Of a stretch of 32,451 bases of DNA, positions 1 through 9,109 are shown piece by piece. Positions within the stretch are counted from its first letter, which is position 1, and every line of letters starts with the position of its first letter. A model generated the notes under the pieces. It saw nothing but the letters and a program-made list of their open reading frames with translations. It was not told the DNA's origin and made no database searches. The stretch covers positions 62,001 through 94,451 of the forward strand of contig NKIB01010176.1 of NCBI GenBank assembly GCA_002256025.1, in the 5' to 3' direction. The DNA is from Asterionella formosa (lineage: Eukaryota). The position numbers and the translations under genes were made by a program.

Positions 1-20
1 CAGTAGCTTTGCTCGTATCG

Positions 21-73
21 ACTGGTACCCTGGTACCAGTACCTGGTACCAGGTAACTGGTACCAGGGTACGT
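21..73. repeat. Palindromic GGTACC/TACCAGG/TACCTGG mosaic tract
   Basis: actggtaccctggtaccagtacctggtaccaggtaactggtaccagggtacgt: 6-7 nt units in both orientations. Confidence 0.85.
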
Positions 74-1069
74 GTATTCGGGGAATAGACCATTGTGTAT
101 ATTTAGAGTACTTAATATGGAGTCACCACGAGTACATATACTATAGCACTATATTACAGTAAATAGAGGACCAAGTCTATTATTGGTAGGTATGTATATG
201 TATAATACACAAATACCCGAAATGAAGTGAAAACAATCAATGTATAGCTAATGAAAAATAGTGAAAAAAGTAATGGAACTCCAGTAGTATGAAATCATGC
301 ATCCTTGTAATAATAACCTAAATACATACTACTAGCTGCTGTGTATGACCACCAGTGTGGTGATGATCAGCAGATATCAATTGATTGGCAATCTAATCTG
401 TGGCACTGTTCTATCTGGAATATATACCTCATACATTTTGTCAATTTGCAATGTAGCAGTGAAAAAATGCAGCTCAGAGTAGGGCAGTCATCATATCCCA
501 CACAACGCTTTGCCAAGTAACAATACTCCACCTTTCTTACTCTATCCTGTTCAACCCTTATAACATTTTTAGCCGCCTTACAAACCTAATTCCAACTTTG
601 CATTCCTACCACAGAACAAATAGTTTTTGGTGTAATAGAAAGGCTACAATACTGACAGAATTGCTTCCTCCCTCCTACTACCTCTTTGACGCACATCCTG
701 CATCATTTCTGTTGGTTCATCAACTTGTTAATTGTTGAAACTTCTTCAAACACCACATTTGAGGAATTTCTGGACTCTCAATCATCATTCTACATACTTG
801 TCATTCCTGTTACCACCAATAATTACTATTAGTCAGGAGTCAAACTCCTTCAAGATGAGAGTCGACTGGCTGATGTCATCCACATTGGTTTCAAAACTAG
901 GTGACATTGCATCTCGATCTGCTGGGAGGCAGTGCAACCCAAGTATATAGTTCCAAAAGCAAACTGGCAGCTCAGACTTTCCTCCTTCACCTGCTGTTGG
1001 TGTCCCATCACTCACACCTTCCTCTCCTTACCTGCAGGTAAGAAGTAGTCTACTGCCGCTGCTGCATAC

Positions 1070-1175
1070 CGAGTACCAGGCACCAGGTACCTGGTACCAA
1101 TGGTACATGAATGAGGATGGGGTATAATTTTTGTGTACCGGTACTGGTATCAGGTACCAGGTGGTACCAGTACAG
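1070..1175. repeat. Palindromic GGTACC mosaic tract
   Basis: gagtaccaggcaccaggtacctggtaccaatggtac ... gtaccggtactggtatcaggtaccaggtggtaccagtac. Confidence 0.85.
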
Positions 1176-1918
1176 TGTAATAGCTAATATGTGCTCGTAC
1201 AGTGTATATTCCTATGATGATCGTGCGTACAGTTATGGTTTAATTAAACCAAAAAATTAAGCCGGCAGTGAAACCAGGTTTCATTTTTCGTATATCACAT
1301 ACTGTTGTAACACGGTCCTTCCACTTGTATTTTCATATCAATACCGTGCCAGTATTAAAATGGCCAAGTAGACACATACCAGATCCCTACAGGAAAATAC
1401 AACTTGGGTTTAATTTTACCAATTACAGTATGATATCCAAAAAACGCTAATTTATGTGCACCTAGGCGCGCTCTGATATAATAATAAAATATTATATCAT
1501 GTGTGTAGTACAACACAAATTATTTTGGTGATTTGATAGATAATATCGTTGTTGCACTCTGATAATTAAAATATTTTATAGGACATATCTGACATTTAAA
1601 TCTAAATCTAACTTTAATTTATAATATCTAAATTTTCATAGCTATGCGTTCTCTTGTGCGATATGCCTCCTCTTGTTCAATTTTAATTAAGTTTTTATCA
1701 TTTATTTGACACTCAACTAAAAAGGGCTAGTAAACTCTTGGATTATTGGTGAGAAGCTCTGAAGAAGTTCTTTGATGCAAGGGGAAAGGCAGAGATGAAA
1801 TTGTCGGCTTCCATTCTTGATAGGCAGTGTGAGTGATCAATTTCGTATGAATGGCCTTATAGCCGGTATGTTCCCAACATGTTTTTGAACTTTTTGGAAA
1901 CCAGTAAGGTGAAATCAC

Positions 1919-1984
1919 CTTTTTCTTTCTACAAAATAGCTATAAGAAAAATCCCTTTTTTCTCTACAGAAATAGCTATAAGAA
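1919..1984. repeat. Short tandem duplication (about 37-bp period)
   Basis: ttttctttctacaaaatagctataagaa followed by ttttttctctacagaaatagctataagaa. Confidence 0.75.
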
Positions 1985-1996
1985 TCAAACAAGCGA

Positions 1997-2149
1997 TGCA
2001 TTCTCCATTTGTATTCTTTTTCATTTAGTCCCTAGGGTTCCAGGTTGTACAGCTGACAAAAGGACAAGTCCCACTGTACCGTATGGACTAATAAAACCAG
2101 TACTATTTATGTCCATTTATTTGGGCCAGAGTGCAATTATTGGATAGCT
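1997..2149 (-). mobile_element. Terminus of a TTAA-targeting DNA transposon family (TTAA|AGCTATCC...), copy 1
   Basis: Reverse complement aligns with 7715-7860 and 30163-30320. Homology stops at ggatagct|ttaa (TTAA at 2150-2153). The AG start plus TTAA is consistent with Kolobok. Confidence 0.7.
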
Positions 2150-2194
2150 TTAATTTAAGATAAAATTTAATTGACATTGTGATCCAAAAAGATC

Positions 2195-3270
2195 CTAAAG
2201 CCGCACAATAATATCAGAGTCTGCCGTAGTAAATAACACAAAAGTCAAGGCAAACACATTGGAGGCCAATAAATGCCTATTTAAAAGATCAAACCAAGTC
2301 ATCTGCCTTCTCCTCCTCAACCAGTCATCAAGACATGGGGACAGAGTGTAGGATGGTGGAGCTGGGCAAGGATACCATGTGGCTCGTGGACTATGGTTGA
2401 GATTTTGTAACTGTATTAGGTGTGAGTCAGGCAAGGGGCCCATGTGGCGATTAGAATATGGTGGAGAAAATAAGAGAAAAAACAATGGTCATGATTGCTA
2501 GAGAAAGTAAGCATAGCAAAGAGGGAAAAGTTGCTTATTTTGTGACAATATAAGTTGACAAGAAAGCTTTGAAGCAGGGTTGGAGAATGACATACATAAA
2601 TATTTGATGCATGGGTTCAGGATAAAAAGATAGAGATCGAAGAGTATCTTGGATGCTAAGAATGAGGTATCAACATTCCGATTAATGAAATGCAGCAGTC
2701 ACAATGTATCAATAGCTGAAGTAATAGTGAAAGATAGTTCAAGGATGCTTATTACATTTGCTGGTAATCAAAAAGAGAGAAAAATCACGGGAGTGAAAGC
2801 ATAATATTGTGAAAGGAGGTCGTTAATTGACTTTTTCAGAGGTTTAATTGACTATGGGGGTCCTGATGGAAGAGATTGTGGACTGTTGGCAGCAAGAGAG
2901 ATCTGTTTCTTGCTTCGAATTTCCGGAGGGTATGGGTTTGATCCATGTGAATATGGAAGAAATGGAAGAGGAAAAAAGGGAGGAGAAAATCATGGGAGGA
3001 GGAATAGAAGTTTGCTTGAAGACAGCACTGTGCGAGATGTGCATAGGTCAAACCGTTTTCTTGGGAGTAAAATGATGGATTTTTGCTGCAGAGGGACCAA
3101 CAGGTTCACTAGCAGTGCAGCAAGTTGAGGTGTAAGAAGATTGGAGGAGTATTTGCAAGAGGGAGCGGCAGTGTCAAAAATGGACATGGTAAATGAGGAG
3201 GGTGTCAGCAGCAGCACAGCAGACTTCCAACGGAGGCGTAGGACTACAAAAGTAATGGAGCGACAGGATG
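2195..3270 (-). pseudogene. Highly degenerate coding relic, possibly the 3' part of a non-LTR retrotransposon
   Basis: Fragmented minus-strand ORFs. Near 2720-2760 it reads C-N-K-H-P-x-T-I-F-H-Y, reminiscent of the CxxC..ET..H zinc knuckle of LINE ORF2. Weak. Confidence 0.3.
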
Positions 3271-3278
3271 ATGTACCA

Positions 3279-3368
3279 GCAAGTTGCGGTCATTTTGCTT
3301 AAATAAACAATTTTATATGGGATAAAGAAAGCTAAATATTTAGCTTCAACACAATTACCGCAACTTGC
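3279..3368. mobile_element. 90-bp MITE / hairpin element, copy 1
   Basis: Ends gcaagttgcggt ... accgcaacttgc are inverted repeats. The whole unit matches the reverse complement of 30622-30712. Confidence 0.8.
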
Positions 3369-3870
3369 AGAGACCAGATACCCCGAAAAATTCGATGTTG
3401 CAATGTATAAACCATGTGATGTTGTGTACCAGGCACTATATTCTATACATATATCCTATATAACGCCTTAACCACCATCAATACATAATTAAGGTTGTGG
3501 CCCCGCAATTACACATTGCGAGGTCCTTTTTTCCCAAAATAATTTTATGATGTACTGCCTCGGAGTACCTCAATCCACACATTGCTTACCTACAATTAAA
3601 TAAAATACTTTTAAAGGTAAAATTAGCTTTCACCAAAACGACCACTTTGCATATGTTAGATACATTCATTGCTCGACTTAGGGGTATGTTCTATATTCAG
3701 ATATGGTAAGGACCTCATTTCTGGAGAGAAGTGGCATTTATCCCTCTTGAAATCGTGGCCGTAACTATCCAAAAAATAGTCAAAAAGGGGCTATGAAGCT
3801 TTTAAAAAATCTACTATAGATATTAACTGCAGTTTCTCTCCAGAAGTTAACTCCTGACATTATAGGGTAT

Positions 3871-5100
3871 TCATCTTCTAGTGGAATCGTCATCACAAAC
3901 CATTGTAGTGTAGAAGACTTGATAGTTATCCACTGCCTTGATCAAGCAATGTTCAACACCGGCATCAGATTCCATCAACTTGGAACTACCCAATATGTGA
4001 TTCTTAGAGCGAACATGAGGCTCGGCTGATGTAAACCGCCGGGCTGCAAAGTCACAGATGTTGCATACCTTAGATTTTACGAAGTCGTCCAGCTTTTTTA
4101 ATAGCCCCCAAAACAAAAAGTATGCCCGCTATTCGAATTATATTTATTAACACCGGAGCGCTGCTGCCTGCCCATATCAAAAACTTACAGTAAGTCTCGA
4201 CATATTTTCCGGGATCACGCGTGCTTCTTTGTTAAGATTTTTCCACCAAGAATAGTCTGTCCCAATATCGAACCAAACATGACGTTCATGTACATCATGA
4301 GTTAGATGTACCTCCTCATTCATTGCCTCCCTCGCTCATTGAATGTTCTGTTGCAACTATTTAAGCTTCGCCTATTCATAGCTCCAGATTATTAAACCTT
4401 CCCTTCCTGCTCCAGTAACCACTTTGCAAAGGTAAGGAAAGGGAAGATGACCATATATATCAGCATCAAGCAACCGGACTCATTCCTGCTTCGTGACAAC
4501 CAAGAACAAACTTGTTGTTGATTGCAAATTGTCCTGATTGATTGCCTTTCTCATAATTTCCTTCTTTTTTTGCAAGCAATATACAGGTTCAATATCTTTT
4601 CTTTCATCAAATTGTGCACAGGTAATTGAAATTCTGCTACAAATGCCAAGAAAAGGACTAACATAGTGGCCGGCAACAATCAGCCTTGTTATCTGTGAAG
4701 GAGATTCCGACTCTGTGCTGTCAATGAATTCATGTTGGCTTTCAATGAATTCATTATATTTATCTTGTATTGATCTTTTTACATGAGGTTGTTGGATAAG
4801 ATACTTTTGAAAATTTACCATTCCTTTTTTGTATGCATTCTTATACGATTACGATCTCAACTTTTCATTGCTGCATTTATTACAGATACTATTAGTCTCT
4901 ATAAACTGCTGCAATGACTCTACAGACCATAAACGATGTCCGCTCAGATTCATGATGGGTGATGTGTTTTCTGTTGTATCTGTCACTTTATTTGTTTCAT
5001 CAAACTGATTGGTTTCATCAGGCACCTCTTTGAGTGTGCGCCGTCCCATGCTACCATTTGTTGCAATCAAGGAATGGAGACAGGTACCTGAACCTTTCAT
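3871..5100 (-). pseudogene. Kolobok-type DDE transposase relic (the 'Mutator-like transposase' domain family), C-terminally truncated
   Basis: Joined across stops and frameshifts it reads GHRLWS..CNKC ... GICSRISITC ... LTVSF/DMGRQQRSG..YNSNSGH..FGG..KSKVCNIC..KNHILGSSKLMESDA..YTTMVCDDDS. This matches the DxxW.KR / SxSG / KxCxxC / NxxGSSxxME / DGDS motif series. Confidence 0.85.
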
Positions 5101-5284
5101 AATTTAGAAACTAGTAATGATGTAATAAATTTATGTTTTTTAATTGCTTAATGCCTACGATTGAAAAGTTTGAATATAGTCATTGATTTTTTACGTTATA
5201 AAGAATGAGAATAATTTCAGCAATGTGATGACAATGACGAGTTCAAATATAAGCAAACTAACAGAATTTATAGATGACTAAGAT

Positions 5285-5731
5285 TCATTTGCTACTATGT
5301 TTAATCTTTTTAGTCACTGGTTGGAAACCAGTGTACTCTTCTTTGTGATCCTTATTCTTTAGAAGGGAACAATGAACCCCCTTCAGGCAACAATCTGGAA
5401 GTTCCATGCGGATGCCTTTCCCAAGTGAACCACAGAATGTCTTGACCAGAAATTTGTATATAAGGTTTCTTCCTTGCCCCGGCATGATAACATATTTATC
5501 AAGTTGAAGCTGAATCAAGTCTGTTTCCGTGTATTGCTCAACTAATTCCTCCATCTCATCCCATCGACATTGACACTCTGGGCATGCGAAATCACAGCAT
5601 TCACAGAAGATACAATTCCCACAGCCTGCAACTTCTGATTCAACAATGACATGATCAACACAAGTAGGGCACGGAACATGATTGCATGGAAGGGGATTGG
5701 CATTCGCTAGGGGAGATCAAACAGAACTCAT
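5285..5731 (-). pseudogene. KolX-like Cys-rich protein (P2X7 C-terminal ballast-like), about 148 codons with one early TGA
   Basis: ATG at 5731 is in frame with ORF 5285..5554: MSSV*SPL..CNHVPCPTC..GCGNCIFCECCDFACPECQCRW..GRNLIYKFLVKTFCGSLGKGIRMELPDCCLKGVH..EEYTGF. Matches the R..Y....G.LG...R..LP.C...YTGF signature. Confidence 0.75.
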
Positions 5732-6193
5732 GGTTGATTGTTGCGTTGTTCGAAGTTGTTTTGTTGCTCAACAAAGGAGACCCAATATTACTACATAGAA
5801 GCAGGATGACTATACAATATGATTGAGGTATATATCAACATTGAGCAATGTAGATATAACATAAACGTCTTGATTCTTTTTGAAATGGAACTCTATCAAT
5901 GTGGCGCCATTTTCTACTTATGTAGTTTCAATATTCAGTCAGATACTTGCATTATGGGAATACACAGAAACTAATTCGCTGTTCAACGAAAATTTTACAA
6001 CCCTAGCTATGTTTTTCTCCAAACTAGGGTTCAGCCGGTCCACAACCTTAATGACTCTACCACCATGTCCCACTTTCAAACACCTTAGTATGTTTATTAG
6101 CTAGCGGCACCTTTTGAGCAGTCCTACGTAATCCACACAGGATACTCGCTCTCGTTGTCGAGAATATATGTTTAGAGTCTATTCGATTCAATC

Positions 6194-7348
6194 ATGCACC
6201 GCTCTCACAACTCAATAGAGGGCAGATCCCCGAAACGCCTTCGGCTCGAATGGGTTGGCACTCTTCTTGAACCTGTACGATATTGTGATCGTCAGGAAAA
6301 CGACAACTACAGCCTGCACTCGCTATCATCCGATTTCTCCGAAGCTACACCTGAGCCCTTCGATGGCGATATAACTGACATTCTTCCCGACGATTTACTG
6401 GCAAAAATTTTCTTTGGGGGCTATTTGAATACGTTGGAGGTTATTCAAAAGGTCAGCTGCCTCTCGCACAAGGTCGGGAGGCTAGCACAGTCTACTGTGA
6501 AACTCCTGGATTTGCGAGCTTGCACACCAGCTTTAAAGGTTGGGGATTTGGCCAAGTTGATCGGGAGATTCAATAACATCTCGGTGAGGGTATACTGTCA
6601 TGATTTAGTTCGTTTCCATATTCTATATCAGCTAGGGCTACTTTTTTCAATCTAACCACCTACATCACCATGTTGCAATTTTCTAATCCAGGAACTTGAC
6701 TTTAGCTACTGCCAAGAGTTTGATAAGTTTTACTTCAATGAACTTACCCCCCTCTCACCAACTTTGAGAATATTGCGCCTTCGGGGGGCGCTATCCCTCG
6801 TGCTCTTACCTGAGTTTGGCATCAATCTACATCGTGGTACACAAGTCCTGGCTAAATTGGTTGAGCTTGACGTTAGTGCCATCAATCGAGATGGGAGTAC
6901 AGCCATGGAATCGACTGACCTTGATACAATATGTAGTGCCTGTCAAAATCTGGAACGGCTCAATTTGGCATGGCGGAAGACTTTTACGGATGCCAGTGTG
7001 CTCACATACATGAAAAGGTTGAAAGTGTTGGATGTTTCCCTGACCTCCATTACTTCGGAAGGCTGTAAGCACCTGGCCAAATTATCGCTCTTGGAAGAGC
7101 TTGATTTGAGTGCAACCGACATTGGTAATGACGGAATACTTAACTTGATTCCAAAGGACAAGAGTTCCAATATTCAAATCCTGCGGATACGTTTTGTTAG
7201 GGACCTTACTCAGCAGACCTTGTTGTATCTTGAGGAAAATGCCCCAAACTTGCGATTGTTAGATATTACTAGCAGTGGATTGCACCGAGAGAATTCCATA
7301 GTGGCTTTCCGGTTGTTGAAACTGAGGGGTGTTACTGTATTAGTTTAA
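6194..7348 (+). CDS. F-box/leucine-rich-repeat (FBXL-like) protein, about 348 aa; exons 6194-6583 and 6692-7348
   Basis: F-box motif ILPDDLLAKIFF..L and repeated LxxLDL/LxxLNL LRRs. A phase-0 intron 6584-6691 (GTGAGG ... ctaac branch ... CCAG) joins the two ORFs in frame (..NNIS|ELDFSYC..). Confidence 0.9.
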
Positions 7349-7714
7349 TTGCTGCATCAGGCCCAATCTATTAGCTACTGGTATATATAAATGTAATCCG
7401 ATTTTTCCGAGGGTCATGTTAATTTATTGTATAGAAATTCCAATAAAACTGTTCTGACATAAATGTTTATTCACAATGGATACTTAATGCTGCAATTTAC
7501 CATGCCCATACAAAACGTCATTTATTAAGCGTGTAATTGCTACACTCTGATTAGTAGGGGAGCCGGTGTTGCCCTTCCTGACGTATCAAGCCTGGGTCTT
7601 TACAATAATTTTAATCCACCTGGTATCAACCCAACAGATGAGGTGACTCTAGGTTCTTGTACACAGGGAGATGAAAGGCAACAAAATGTCAATTTAAATT
7701 TTATAGCTCATTAC

Positions 7715-7935
7715 AGCTATCCAACAATTGCACTTGGGCCCAAATAAATGGACACAATTAGTACCAGTTTTATTTGTCCATATAGTACAGTGGGGCTTGT
7801 CTTTTTGTCAGCCGCACATCATGGAACCCTAGGGACTAAATGAAAAAGACAAGTGGAGAATACAGTAATCGAAACCGCCACTGCAGAAGGTATGCTAATC
7901 AAAAGGGCCATTCCCCAGGGAGATATAAATAGATA
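7715..7935 (+). mobile_element. Terminus of TTAA|AGCTATCC family, copy 2
   Basis: ttac|agctatccaacaattgcac...ggaaccctagggactaaatgaaaaagac...; aligns with the copies at 1997-2149 (reverse) and 30163-30412. Confidence 0.7.
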
Positions 7936-9109
7936 AACTCTCTTGAATTAGGCCAGTAAGGGGAGATCTGATTGGTGCTATGAAGTGCTGCTATGATCAT
8001 TTGTTTGTTATGAATCATTACTGTCTATGACGTGTCATTCTCTGTCTGTTTGTCTGACAACACCTAAACTTATCTGTACTATTTCTCGTTCAACTATATT
8101 AACATAATTTAATCACTCTTTTAACAAAACCTCCTTCCAATCTCCTTTAGAGCATGTCAGGTCAGTTATCAGACTCACTCTTTCCCTTCTCTCCTCGTTC
8201 ATCCACATTGTCGATCTCCCTCGTTCCCTCCTTCATAACAGGTAGTGAGCCCAAATTATTCTCTTGCAATTCAATTAAGATTCAACTTTTCAATTTGTTA
8301 ACTTGTTGCGTACTTCGTCTTCTATCGTTTGTAATCTATTCTATTGTGATAGTTCCTTGACATCGACCTCACATTCAATCAGCACCAAGTGCTTCTATTG
8401 TTGTTGTTGAAGGAAGATATCTTGTCAAAGATGAAAAGAAAACAGACAAATTTCAACTTTTTATCACCATTCTTTGTTTTCGTTCCCTGGTGCTTTAATA
8501 TCCCAGCGGGTGGACACCATTGATCACACCTGTATTTCTGAGTTCTATAGTGCTTCTAATTTTCTACTAGTGGGTACTACCTGTGTACTTTTCTATACAC
8601 AAGGTTGCACTAAAGGATTCTATACATTCTCCCTCCTGTAATTTCACAAACAGCTGGTGTTCTGCCACATACGCACATTGATCATCATCTCACTTGCACT
8701 TCAATTTATACAACGTCCTTAGTCGTCCATCTGTGGAGGGGCACTCTCACTAAGATAATTGTACAAGCGCTGGTGATTTCTTGCAATTTTCGTGTGATAT
8801 ATAATAATGTGTGAGGGCACTTCCATAAAAGTCATCTGCGAGCTCGTATCACTCCTGTGCAGTGTTCACCTACCTCATATTACTAATATCTCAGCAGGCG
8901 CATACCTAATCCCGGTTCTGAAGTTAATTTTTGTAGTATCATGCGTTGATTGTCAGCCATACTCCTTAGTACAAGTCGTGTTTTTGTGTAGACTGTACTG
9001 CCTCGGAGTACTACGCTCGTGTCAGTCCTGCATCTGATTGTCAACATCTACTTTCCAATAAGTGCGTACGTGGTGGTTACACAGAAGGTGTACTACACTA
9101 TACTAGTTT

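Larger units (their letters stand above)
3493..6047 (-). mobile_element. Kolobok-type DNA transposon, internally deleted and defective (2555 bp)
   Basis: TTAA on both sides (3489-3492, 6048-6051). TIRs ggttgtggccccgc / gccggtccacaacc give GG..CC ends. Contains transposase and KolX-like relics. Both ends are homologous to 31124-32277. Confidence 0.88.

Noticed and set aside
21..73. Telomeric repeat
   Set aside because: Units are mixed-orientation and palindromic, lack G-strand asymmetry and are dispersed internally.
400..1050. Short ORFs 732-950 and 833-1015 as genes
   Set aside because: Non-ATG starts and no motifs; probably old TE debris.
3493..6047. piggyBac assignment based on the TTAA TSD
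   Set aside because: Termini are GG..CC rather than CC..GG, and the protein motifs are not piggyBac-like.
6194..6655. Two separate genes at 6194-6655 and 6764-7348
   Set aside because: A canonical GT-AG intron joins them in frame into one F-box/LRR gene.
8100..9050. Possible KolX-like or other gene relic on the minus strand
   Set aside because: Only vague Cys and YR motifs amid many stops; not supportable without a search.
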